Position numbers and translations under genes: made by a program. A stretch of DNA of 64,000 nucleotides. Source: an uncultured Acidobacteriota bacterium. GTDB taxonomy: Bacteria > Acidobacteriota > Thermoanaerobaculia > UBA5066 > Gp7-AA6. Below, in pieces: positions 24,427 through 33,916 of the stretch. Numbering within the stretch: position 1 is the first letter of the stretch; each line of letters starts with the position of its first letter. Under the pieces are notes generated by a model. The model saw only the letters and a program-made list of their open reading frames with translations. It was not told the origin of the DNA and searched no databases. Location: NCBI GenBank assembly GCA_963829925.1, contig CAWHKQ010000004.1, positions 272,741-336,740 of the forward strand. The letters are read 5' to 3'.

Positions 24427-25580
24427 ATGGACATAGAAACCGGGTTGAGGAGCATTCGAGAACTTCTTCCGGCGATCCGCTCGCGGCGCCAGGAGATCGA
24501 ACAGGCGCGCCGCATGCCCCGCGACCTCGTCGAACAACTTCGCAAGACGGGGATCTTCCGCCTCGGGGTGCCGCGCGCCATCGGCGGCGATGAGGCGAGC
24601 CCCTCGACCTCATGCGGGCAATCGAGACGGTCTCAACCGCGGACGGTTCGGCCGGGTGGTGCGCCATGGTCGGGACCGCCAACAACATTGCGGCCGGGTA
24701 CATGAACGAGCCGGGTGCCCGCGAAGTGTTCGCCGACCCGACGGCTCCGTCGGCCGGGATCGCCGCTCCGGCCGGGGCTGCGGTCGGGGCCGATGGGGGC
24801 GTGCGCGTCAGCGGGCGCTGGCCGTTCGCGAGCGGGATCACGCATAGCGAGTGGGTCTGGGCCGGCTGCCTGGTCATGGAGAACGGAAAGCCGAGGATGA
24901 CGGCCCATGGCCCCGAGGTCGTGCATGTCTGCATGCCGGTCCGCGAGGTCCAGGTCCACGACACCTGGCACGTCAGCGGGTTGTGCGGGTCCGGCAGCGA
25001 GGACTTCAGCGCGACGGACGTGTTCGTCCCCGAACGGCACATCTTCGCGCTGCTCGACCCGTCGGGGCATCGGTCGGAGCCGCTCTTCCAGATGCCTCCG
25101 CTGCATTTGTTCGTCTTCCAGCTCGTCTGCGTCAGCCTCGGGATCGCCCGCAGCGCCCTCGACGAGCTCAATGAGCTGGCCCAGTCGAAGACCCCTTCGC
25201 TGTACACCCAGGTGCTCGCGGACAAGGCCGTCGCCCAGGTGGAGCTCGCGAGAAGCGAGGCCGCGCTCGGCGCCGCGCGGTCCTTCCTCTACGAAACGGT
25301 CGACGACATGTGGCAAACGGTTTCCTCGGGCCGCACACCCACGAAGCGCCAGCTCGCCCTCGGCCGCATCGCGGCGATTCACGGGGTGGAAGCCAGCGCC
25401 TCCGTCACGCGCACGGCCAACACGCTCGGCGGAGGAAGCTCCCTCTATTCCAAGTCGTCGCTGCAGCGGCATGTGCGTGACGCGGAGGCCATCACCCATC
25501 ATTTCACCGTCGCGCCGCACACCTGGGAAGAAGCCGGCCGCGTCCTCCTCGGCCGCGACCCGATCGCGCCGATTTTCTAA
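24427..25580 (+). CDS. Acyl-CoA dehydrogenase-fold flavoprotein (type-2 ACAD / flavin monooxygenase-like), one frame break near 24600
   Basis: ORFs 24427..24705 and 24612..25580 join. Sequence reads RRMPRDLVEQLRKTGIFRLGVPRAIGG...STADGSAGWCAMVG...GRWPFASG...LQRHVRDAEAITHH. AAGGAGG precedes the ATG. Confidence 0.75.
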
Positions 25581-25598
25581 CGTCGCCTCCGCTCGTCC

Positions 25599-25858
25599 GG
25601 GATCTGCCGCCCGCGGCGGCACTCGGCGAGCGGCTCGCCCAAAGGGGCTCGACCGCGCGCCGACCTTCTCCGGCGGTCAAAGAGAGCCTGACGTTTCCGA
25701 GGGGCGCTGGTCGGGTGTACGCGGCGCAGGAATCTCCGCGAGCGCAGCGGAGGAGCCTCGCGCCGCGGGAGCGAGCGCGTAGCGCGAAGGATCAGGCGAG
25801 CGGTCGAGCGCGCATCCGCGCGAGCCGCTCGGCGGTGCCGCCGCAGGCGGCAGATCCC
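25599..25858. repeat. 260-bp element bounded by imperfect inverted repeats of about 40-60 nt (MITE-like or long hairpin)
   Basis: Left arm 25599-25638 is GGGATCTGCCGCCCGCGGCGGCACTCGGCGAGCGGCTCGC. The reverse complement of right arm 25820-25858 is GGGATCTGCCGCCTGCGGCGGCAC-CGCCGAGCGGCTCGC, about 36 of 40 matching. Weaker complementarity continues inward. The element lies between convergent gene ends. Confidence 0.6.
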
Positions 25859-25877
25859 GAAGCGAGCGATCGCGACG

Positions 25878-26645
25878 TTAGAACTTCGCCACGATCCCGA
25901 CTGCGGTTGTGGTGTCGGTTGCGATGAAGCCTTCGACGGGCTGGTTTCGGTAGAGGAGCGTCCACGAGGCCTGGAGCGCGAAGACAGAAGAGATCGCCGC
26001 GGTGATCGCCGCCTTGTCGGTGATGAACCAGTTGGCCGTCTGGTCCAGATCGAGCAGGAAGCCGAAATCGTTCGTGAAGGCGGCGGCCTTCGTGAACTGC
26101 CATTTGTAGCTCGTCCCCGCGCGCGCGTTGGCGTAGCCGCGCGACGGCTGAATCACTCCCAGGATGATGTCCTCCTCGCGCGTGTACCCGACGCCCCCCT
26201 CGACGCGCAGGAAGTGGACGGGTCCCAGCAGGAGCTTGTAGCCGGCGCCGGTATCGATGCTGTAGAGATTGTTGATGCCGGCGAAACGGTTGCGGAGATA
26301 GCCGGCGCCTACGAAGACGTCGAGCCGCTCGGTCAGGTCGCGGGACGCCCGGAGAGACCCGGCGAACGACTCGGCGGTCGTGAAGCCGTCGGTCGCCGCC
26401 CGAAGGTAAGCGCCCTTCAGGGTGAAGAGCCAGGGTTTCGGCCTGTAGTTGAGCTCGAGGCCGCCTCCGATGGAGGTGGCGTCCGTGTTCCCGGAGGTCG
26501 ACAGGAAGGAGAATTCCCCCTTGCCGAACCAGATCGGGTCCGGAGGAGGCGGAGCCTCCGGGCAGGGGCACGGGGGTGCCTGTGCGAGCGCCGAGCCCGC
26601 GGTGGCGATCCACAAAAGGAGAGCAGTTCGGAACAGACTTTTCAC
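25878..26645 (-). CDS. DUF481-family outer-membrane beta-barrel protein
   Basis: Intact 255 aa with signal peptide MKSLFRTALLLWIATAGSALA. Alternating beta-strand pattern (GGLELNYRPKPWLFTLKGAYL...), ending with aromatic F. Confidence 0.8.
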   Translation of the reverse strand: MKSLFRTALLLWIATAGSALAQAPPCPCPEAPPPPDPIWFGKGEFSFLSTSGNTDATSIGGGLELNYRPKPWLFTLKGAYLRAATDGFTTAESFAGSLRASRDLTERLDVFVGAGYLRNRFAGINNLYSIDTGAGYKLLLGPVHFLRVEGGVGYTREEDIILGVIQPSRGYANARAGTSYKWQFTKAAAFTNDFGFLLDLDQTANWFITDKAAITAAISSVFALQASWTLLYRNQPVEGFIATDTTTAVGIVAKF

Positions 26646-26708
26646 GCGAGCACCTCCTTGTCGTCCGGAAATGCGAGGACTGTGCCATGGCCGCGCGGCC
26701 GGGAGTCT

Positions 26709-27588
26709 CTACCGCAGAGCTTTACGCGCCTCCACCAGCTCCCGGCGCTTCTTCTCGTCGATCTCGGGGTAGTGCAGGTTCAGGCTCTCCATCGCCCCCA
26801 CGATGGTGGCCGCGACGGTGAGCCGGGTGAACCACTTGTTGTCGGCGGGCACGACGTGCCACGGCGCATGGTCCGTGGCCGTGGCGTCGATCATCTCTTC
26901 GTAAGCCTTCATGTAGTCCTTCCAGCAGGCGCGCTCCTTGACGTCCTGCAGGGAGAACTTCCAGTTCTTGTCGGGCTCGTCCAGCCGCGACAGGAAGCGC
27001 CTCTTCTGCTCCTTCCGGGACACGTTGAGGAAGAACTTCAGGATGAGGTAGCCCTGGCGCGCCAGATAGCTCTCGAAGGCGTTGATGTCGTCGAAACGCT
27101 CCTTCCAGATCTGTTTTGCCGGCCAGCGGCGGCGGGATTTTCTCGGCGGCCAGAATCTCGCGATGCACCCGGACGACCAGCACCTCTTCGTAGTAGGAGC
27201 GGTTGAAGATGCCGATCCCCCCGCGCTCGGGCAGCCGCTTCACGCATCGCCAGAGGTAGTCGTGGTCGAGCTCCTCCTCCGAAGGCTGCTTGAACGAGGT
27301 GACGTGGACGCCCTGCGGGTCCACGCCCGACATGACGTGTTTGATCGTGCCGTCCTTGCCGGCGGCGTCCATGGCCTGGAAGATCAGGAGGACGCTCCAG
27401 CAGTCCTGGGCGTAGAGCATGGACTGCAGGTCCTTCAGCCTCTCGACGCCGACGGCCAGCATCTCCTTGGCCTCGTCGCCCTCGATCGCGAGGCCGGCGG
27501 TATCGGCGGGGTCGTATTCGTCGAGGCGAAATTTCTTTCCCCCGCCGACCCGGTACCGCTCGACGACCTTGCGGGCGAGTTTCTTCAT
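26709..27588 (-). CDS. ppk2: Polyphosphate kinase 2 family (polyphosphate:nucleotide phosphotransferase), one frame break near 27125
   Basis: Has the Walker A-like motif LLIFQAMDAAGKDGTIKHV, then SFKQPSEEELDHDYLWRCVKRLPERGGIGIFNRSYYEEVLVVRVH. The C-terminal part reads FFLNVSRKEQKRRFLSRLDEPDKNWKFSLQDV...APWHVVPADNKWFTR. Confidence 0.85.
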
Positions 27589-27633
27589 GTCCCGATCCTA
27601 TCTTCGGCGCAGAACTTCGACTCGCGGATTGCG

Positions 27634-27648
27634 CCCCCCCCCCCCCCC
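27634..27648. repeat. C15 homopolymer (G15 on the minus strand) in the divergent ppk2 / Vgb-like intergenic region
   Basis: Counted directly: 7 C in 27634-27640 plus 8 C in 27641-27648. It lies 46 nt from the ppk2 start codon and 49 nt from the ATG at 27697. Confidence 0.95.
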
Positions 27649-27696
27649 GCGGTCTATGCTCTACTGGCAGCATAAGACTTTCGAAAGGGGTCCCTC

Positions 27697-29913
27697 ATGC
27701 GGTCACTTGCGGCCGGGGCCTTTGGGCTTCTCGTCGTTTCGACGGCGTTCGCGACGAATGCGAACGTCGTTGTTCATCTTTTTCCGGCTCCGAACGCCGC
27801 CGGCGCCGTGCAGATGAACGGCACCGGCTTCAGCGAGATCTGGTTCGCGCAGCCGAACGGCGATTCGCTGGCGCGCGTGAACCCGGATGGATCGCTCACG
27901 GAGCTGCCGGTCGCCGAGGGAAGCCGGCCGCTCGCGATCGCGCGGGGCGAGGGTCTCGGCGGGAGCCTCGTTTTCACGCAGGTCGGAAGCAATCAGATCG
28001 GGTTGATGGACGCGGACGGTGACGTCACGGAGTTCGACATTCCGACGGCCGCGAGCAATCCGCGGGGGATCACCCTCGCGCAGTCGATCTGGTTCACCGA
28101 GTACGACGGCAACCGGATCGGCCGTCTCGACATCGGTTCCGCGACTCCGATCGTCGAGTTCCCGATTCCGACGTTCAACTCCGGGCCACTGGGGATCGCG
28201 CCGGGGCCCGGGGCGACGTCCGGAAGCACCGACATCTGGTTCACGGAGTTCCTGGCCAACAAGATCGGCCGCATCGACTCCAACGGCGTGATCACGGAGT
28301 ACGACATCCCGACGCCGGACAGCGGCCCCACGGCGATCGTCCAGGGCATCGTCGCGAACCAGGCGGTCATGTACTTCACGGAATCCCGGGCCGGCAAGAT
28401 CGGCAGGATCACCGCTACGGGACGGATCACCGAGTATGGGATCCCGACGCCGAACAGCGGCCCGGCCGACATCGTCGCGGACAACTTCGCCGGGGTCTGG
28501 TTTTCGGAGCGCGTGGCCGGAAAGATCGCCTGGCTCTCCGAAGACGGTCAGTTTCGGGAGTTCTCGTTGCCGGTGAACTCCCGGCCCGAGGGCCTCTCGG
28601 TGGACTACGAGGGCGGTTTGTTCCAGCCGTGGCGTGTCTGGTACGTGGACGGGACCAAGCGGCGCGTCGGCCGGCTGTCGGACAATCACCTCTTCGCGGT
28701 CGGCGCCGGCCACGGGGCCGGCTGGGATACGGAGTTCGATCTCTCCGGTGACGACGGCCCCGCGACGCTGGTGGAGCTCCGTTTCCCGGTCCTCGGCGTG
28801 TGCCCCACAATCTGTCCGAACTCGACTCTCGTCGAGGTGCCCCGCAACGGCGCCGTCAGCACCTCGGCGAGCGAGGTTCCCTTCAGCGAGGGCGATCATC
28901 TCTACCTCCTGACGGCGATCGACCCCGACATCAATGACGTTCCCGAGACGCGCGCGTGGATCGTGGACACAGACACCGACCTGCGCGTCGAGCTGCCGCT
29001 CGTGGACTACTGGACCGTGGCGGCTCTTCAGCCGCCGATGCCGCGGGGGCCCCAGCCCGTCCTGAGGTTTCCCGCGCGGCGTGGCGCGGGTGTGCGGACC
29101 GAACTCGTCCTCGTGGCGCTCGAGGGTCCCGACAATCAGAATCTCGACGTCGAGCTGGAGGCCGTGACGCCGCAGGGGGATGTCGTGGGCGCCATGCCGC
29201 TGGAGCTCGCGGTGGGCGAACTCGTCGTCCTGGACAGCGTGCTCTCCGACCTCGGGCTCTTCGACGACTTCGACGGGTATCTCGAGGTGCGGCGCGTCTC
29301 GCGCTCGGGCCTCATGTGGGGCGTTGCCGAGATCTTCGAGAACGACCGGCTCACGCGGCTGATGCCGCCCGGATCCGAGCTCGAGCAGGAGTGCGTCGGA
29401 GGCCCCGCGCGCTGCGGGCCGCCGCGGAATACCCGGGTCGTGACGCGGGAGGCGTCCGCGCCGCTTCTCCTCGAGCGGGCGTCCGAGACGACCGACCGGG
29501 AGGAAGCGCCGCGATCGCTGATCCTCCGACGGCTCCCCGGCTCAGATCTTGAGGAAGATCCGTCTGCGGTGGAGAACGCCGAAGACGGCGACCCAGAGCG
29601 CGAGCCAAGCCAGCGCGAAGAGGAGCGACCCGAGCCGCGGGTCGGCGAAGCGGTCGAAGACGGTGCGGTAGACCGCCGTCCAGAGCGAGCGGGGCCTGCC
29701 GTCCGGTCCGGCGACCTTCACGGCGATCAGCGCGATCGCGCCCAGGGCCGAGAGGGTGAACGCCGCGATCGCGTTGCGGCCCAGCCACACGAACGGCGCC
29801 GCCCAGCCCTTCCAGCCCTTCACGTCCACGAGCGCGATGCAGAGACCGAGGCTCGCGCACGCGAGCCCCGACATGAGCAGCGCGTACGACGAGCGTCCAG
29901 AGGCTCTTGTTGA
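27697..29913 (+). CDS. Secreted Vgb-like (virginiamycin B lyase-type) beta-propeller repeat protein with an unassigned C-terminal half; 3' end uncertain
   Basis: Signal peptide MRSLAAGAFGLLVVSTAFA. Repeated units read VTEFDIPTAASNPRGI...IWFTEYDGNRIGRLD, ITEYDIPTPDSGPTAI and ITEYGIPTPNSGPADI. The ORF has no stop until 29913, and its last 370 nt or so overlap the convergent acyltransferase gene. Confidence 0.65.
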   Translation: MRSLAAGAFGLLVVSTAFATNANVVVHLFPAPNAAGAVQMNGTGFSEIWFAQPNGDSLARVNPDGSLTELPVAEGSRPLAIARGEGLGGSLVFTQVGSNQIGLMDADGDVTEFDIPTAASNPRGITLAQSIWFTEYDGNRIGRLDIGSATPIVEFPIPTFNSGPLGIAPGPGATSGSTDIWFTEFLANKIGRIDSNGVITEYDIPTPDSGPTAIVQGIVANQAVMYFTESRAGKIGRITATGRITEYGIPTPNSGPADIVADNFAGVWFSERVAGKIAWLSEDGQFREFSLPVNSRPEGLSVDYEGGLFQPWRVWYVDGTKRRVGRLSDNHLFAVGAGHGAGWDTEFDLSGDDGPATLVELRFPVLGVCPTICPNSTLVEVPRNGAVSTSASEVPFSEGDHLYLLTAIDPDINDVPETRAWIVDTDTDLRVELPLVDYWTVAALQPPMPRGPQPVLRFPARRGAGVRTELVLVALEGPDNQNLDVELEAVTPQGDVVGAMPLELAVGELVVLDSVLSDLGLFDDFDGYLEVRRVSRSGLMWGVAEIFENDRLTRLMPPGSELEQECVGGPARCGPPRNTRVVTREASAPLLLERASETTDREEAPRSLILRRLPGSDLEEDPSAVENAEDGDPEREPSQREEERPEPRVGEAVEDGAVDRRPERAGPAVRSGDLHGDQRDRAQGREGERRDRVAAQPHERRRPALPALHVHERDAETEARAREPRHEQRVRRASRGSC

Positions 29914-30638
29914 TCGGGAAGACGAGGCCCCACGCGAGGCCCGCCGCCGCGGCGGCCGCGCCCGCGCCCAGCGAGCTCCGCCGACCTTGCGCGACAGGGG
30001 AGTGCCCGAGCGGAGCCGATCCCCCGCGAGCACGCCGAGGAGCGTCGTGGCGATCGCGGGGAGCGTCGAGAGAAGCCCCTCGGGGTCCCATCCCGGCTTC
30101 CACGTATGAACGCCGAAGACGGCGCGGTCGATTCGCGCCGCGAGGTTGCCCTGCGGGTCGAGAGGTCCGGACGCCAGCAGCGCGCGGTATCCGACGAGCA
30201 GCGACGCGGCCGCCCACGCGGCCGCCGCGCACGCCGCCGAGAAGTCGGATGGTCCCGGCGGCGAGGACGCAGAGCCCGATCCGCTGGAGGACCCCGGGGA
30301 TGCGCAGGTGCTCGCGGTGAAGGGCCAGATAGCCGACGAGGTTGAGAGCGAGACCGATCGCGACGAGGAGCCGCCGCGCGGACCGCGGTGTGACGCAGGA
30401 GCTCGGCGGTCGACGCGCCCTCCGCCTGCCGCCTGCCGAACGAGAGCGCCATCGACACGCCCGCCACGAAGAGGAAGAACGGGAAGATCGTGTCGGTGTA
30501 CGTCCAGCCGTTCCACTCGGCGTGGAGAAGCTGCGGGTACACGGCGGACCAGGTTCCCGGGTCGTTGACGACGATCATGCCCGCGATCGTGATTCCCCGC
30601 AGGACGTCGACGGAGTCGAGACGGGTGGCAGGATCCAT
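29542..30638 (-). CDS. Membrane acyltransferase, DUF1624/DUF5009 (heparan-alpha-glucosaminide N-acetyltransferase-like), several frame breaks
   Basis: N-terminus is MDPATRLDSVDVLRGITIAGMIVVNDPGTWSAVYPQLLHAEWNGWTYTDTIFPFFLFVAGVSM. The C-terminal part is in ORF 29542..31062: ...VDVKGWKGWAAPFVWLGRNAIAAFTLS...RRIFLKI. Confidence 0.7.
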
Positions 30639-30665
30639 CAGCGCTTGATGCTATCTCTGTGATAT

Positions 30666-30722
30666 CGCCGTCCTTCGGACGGCGTTCCCTACTGCTGGGG
30701 GTCTGCCTTCGGTGGCCGGGTC
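30666..30722 (+). repeat. Structured intergenic repeat, copy A (hairpin plus 31-nt conserved core)
   Basis: Hairpin CGCCGTCC-ttc-GGACGGCG (30666-30684), then TTCCCTACTGCTGGGGGTCTGCCTTCGGTGG (30685-30715). The core is identical to the core at 47520-47550. Confidence 0.8.
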
Positions 30723-30755
30723 GACACGCGTTGCGCGCTTGCGCGCGGCCGCGTG

Positions 30756-31916
30756 TCACTTGTTCTGGAAGCGTCCCGATAGGCCGTCGGGCTCGCTTCC
30801 GGCGGTCCAGGCGTCGTCGACCCGCAGGCCCTCCAGGTCGATGACCGCGACGACGTCCGCGTGGGAGGCGGAGACCCAGGCCCGCTTGCCGTCGGGGCTG
30901 ATGAAGATGCCGACCGGCGCCGGGCTCGCGCCGAACGTTCTCTGGAAGACCCGCGACTGGGTTCCCTCGACGGCGTCGCGGCCGATCGGGATGCGCTTGA
31001 CCTCGGTCGCGGGTCGCGACGTCGTAGACGCCGACGTCGCCGGAGCCGGTGAACGAGACCACGGCGCGCTGCCGTCCGGCGTGATCTGACGCGGATGGGG
31101 AACTCCGGCGCCTGATCGTGAAGACGACCTGCAGCGTTTCGCGTCGATGATCGAGATCGTGTCGGCCTCGCGGTTCGCGACCCAGACTCGCGCCCGTCCG
31201 GGCGTGACGTCGATGCCCTCGGCGCCTTTGCCGGTGGGGATCGCCGGCGACGGCCCCCGGGTTTCAGGTCGATCACGCTGACGCCCCGCTGCCGAGCGAG
31301 GCCACGAAGGCGCGGCGCCCGTCGGGGAGGCCGCCACCATGTGGGAGACCTGGCCGCCCGTCGGGATCCGCTGCGTGACTTTTCCGCCCATGCGGATCGA
31401 CGACCAGGAGCTCGTGCGTCCCCTCGGCCGTCACCAGCAGGCGGCCGTCCCGAAGGGCGTCGAGGCCATGCGGGCGCGGCCCGCGCCGATGTCGACGCGT
31501 GCCGACGACCTTTCCGGTCGCGAGGTCGATCAGCAGAACCAGGTGCCCCGGGGCTCCCGACTGCCGTAGTCGCTGACCGCGGCCATCTTGCCGTCGGCGA
31601 GCACCTCGACTTCATGGGGCCCTTTCACGCCGGCCGCCGTCAAACTGCAGCTTCCCGGTCGAGCGCGTCCAGAATCGAGATCCCGTTGTCCGACTTGTTC
31701 GACGACGACCAGAACGTCGTTCGACTTTTTCGGGGCCGGGCGTCGGCGTGGCGCGCCGCGGCGTTCGCGAGCGGGACGCCCGGCCGTGGGCGTCGCGGCG
31801 GAAGGCGGCTGCGGCTGGGCGCTCCTCGGCGCCGGCTGGTTCCCGGGCGGCGGATGACGTTCGGCGAACCGGACGCCGTCTGAATCGGAGAAAGCCGTGA
31901 TCGCGAGATGGAGCAT
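30756..31916 (-). CDS. YVTN-type beta-propeller repeat protein, several frame breaks
   Basis: Fragments read GIDVTPGRARVWVANREADTISIIDA, PVGIFISPDGKRAWVSASHADVVAVIDLEGL and GPHEVEVLADGKMAAVSDYG. The N-terminus MLHLAITAFSDSDG is at 31916. Confidence 0.65.
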
Positions 31917-31950
31917 GAAGGGTCCTCCAGCGTATACGGGAGAGAGATCG

Positions 31951-33151
31951 TCAACGCGCCGGGCCTTGTCGAGAGGCTCGTCGGGAGCGCCGGACGGCGA
32001 ACGCCGTAATCGTCTTCGATGCGGACGCCGAACTTGTCCGGGCAGGTAGATCCCCGGCTCGACCGTCACGGTGTTGCCGGCGACCAGCGGCGTCGGTGTT
32101 TCCACGCACGAGATACGGATGCTCGTGGCCGTCCATCCCGAGGCCGTGCCCCAGCCGGTGCGTGAAGAACGGGCCGTAACCGGCCTCGTCGATGACGCGG
32201 CGGGCGGCCCGGTCGACGTCTTCGCCCGTGGCGCCGGCCCTGAGCGCCTCGATGCCGGCGACGCTGCGCGCGGTCGACGGCGTCATAGACCTTGCGGACC
32301 TCGTCCTTGGGCGAGCCGAACGCAGACGGTGCGCGTGACGTCGGACGTGTAGCCGCGGACCTTGCAGCCGGCGTCGATCAGGACGACGTCGCCCGCGGTC
32401 GAGCTTCCGGTCCCCGGGCCCGCCGTGGGGCAGCGCGGCGGAGGGCCCGAACTGGACGAGGCCTCCGCCGCGGACGCCGAGCTTCCGAAACTCCGCTTCG
32501 AGGAGCGCCGCAACTCGCTCTCGGTCGTGCCGCGGGAGAGCTTCCCGTGGGTCGCCGTGATGGCGAGGTTCGTGCGGCGCGCCGCGTCGCGGATGAAGGC
32601 CTGCTCCTCCTCGGTCTTGACCGTCCGGAGCGCGTCGAAGACGGTCCGTCCTGCATCCCGCGCCGGAGCCGGTCGCGGAGAGAGAGCTTCGAGGCCGTGC
32701 CGTAGGCGGTCGTGCCCTCGATGCCGAGGTTCCGGGCCTTGCCGAGCGCCTCGCCGGCAGAGGGCATCGGGTCGTCGTCCTCGTTCCAGGTGAGAACGTC
32801 GTCGACGAGCGACGTCGCGGCGGTGATTGTCGGCCTCGAAGAACGGCGTGATCAGGACGGCGGGGCCATCGGCGAAGAGCAGCAGAGCGGTGAGACGCTC
32901 GCTGCGTCCGATGCGCGAGGTTCGCCGACGTAGGCGAGGTTGGTCGAGGGAGTCAGGAAGAGCGCGTCGAAACCGCCGGCTTTCGCGGCCGCCGCGGAGC
33001 CTTGCCTGGCGCTCGCGAAAGGCGTCGGGCTTCAGAGCGGGTGGAAAGTCAGGCTGGCGGGCGAGGGGAGGCCGCGCGAGACCGCCGGGAGCGCCGCCGC
33101 GGCGGCGGCCGCGCCGGTGGCGGCCACCCAGCGGCGTCGTGTCAGGGGCAT
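31951..33151 (-). CDS. M24-family Xaa-Pro aminopeptidase with Tat-type signal, several frame breaks
   Basis: N-terminus is MPLTRRRWVAATGAAAAAAALPAV (twin-arginine), preceded by GGAGGT. Fragments read TVKTEEEQAFIRDAARRTNLAITA, GDVVLIDAGCKVRGYTSDVTRT, FFTHRLGHGLGMDGHE and VTVEPGIYLPG. Confidence 0.75.
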
Positions 33152-33215
33152 GAGACCTCCCATGGCCATTGGCGGCGCGTAGGATACCGGGTTTCGAGGT
33201 CCGGGCCGTTATAAC

Positions 33216-33653
33216 GTGGGCCTGGAGGACCCTATGCCATACGACCCGAGAATGACGGCTCCCATGCGCGAGGAGCTGACGCGCGCCGGATTTCGCGAGC
33301 TCACGACGAGCGACGAGGTGGACGGCGCGGTCGCGTCGGCGGAGGGCCCGGTGTTGCTCGTCGTCAATTCGGTCTGCGGCTGCGCGGCCGGAATCGCGCG
33401 GCCCGGGATCCTGATGTCCCTGACGCACCCGAAAGCCCCGAAGACGCTCGCCACCGTCATGGCGGGCCAGGACATGGAGGCCACGGCGCGCGCCCGCAGC
33501 TATTTCGCGGGCCAGCCTCCGTCCTCGCCGCAGGTCGCCATCCTGGAGGGAGGGCAACTGCGGTTTCTCCTCCAGAGGCAGGAGATCGAAGGCCGGTCGG
33601 CGCGGGACATCGCGGCGCGGCTGACCACGGCCTACGACGCGCTGCCCGACTAG
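33216..33653 (+). CDS. Bacilliredoxin (BrxA/BrxB, YphP/YqiW, DUF1094 family)
   Basis: Intact. Reads MTAPMREELTRAGFRELTT...PVLLVVNSVCGCAAGIARPG (CGC redox motif) ...SPQVAILEGGQLRFLLQRQEIEGRSA. The likely start is the internal ATG at 33234. Confidence 0.8.
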   Translation: MGLEDPMPYDPRMTAPMREELTRAGFRELTTSDEVDGAVASAEGPVLLVVNSVCGCAAGIARPGILMSLTHPKAPKTLATVMAGQDMEATARARSYFAGQPPSSPQVAILEGGQLRFLLQRQEIEGRSARDIAARLTTAYDALPD

Positions 33654-33916
33654 CGCGCTCGGCGGCGCTCGTCCTGTTGCCGGCGGTCGTTTCGGGCGGT
33701 GTGGCCGAGCACGAGCCGGGCGTGGGCCCGCCGCTCTCGGGCGCGGCGATCGCGCTCGGCGCGGGCAGCCAGTCGGCTTTCGTGAGGGTTTTCTCTTTCA
33801 TCGAACAGGGTTTCCTTTTCCGGGGTTTGGTTTTCACGTGGTCTCGCTCGCACGAGCGGCGCTAACCGGCGAGGTCCCGCCCGCATTCCCGGCCCTGCGC
33901 CGGCGCCGCGGGCCGG

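Noticed and set aside
30723-30757. The GC-rich palindrome GACACGCG..GCGCGC..GCGCGC..CGCGTGTC after the YVTN propeller gene as an intrinsic terminator.
   Set aside because: The stem is strong and overlaps the stop codon, but no U-tract follows it on the minus strand. I therefore did not list it as a terminator feature. It is mentioned only as context for repeat copy A.
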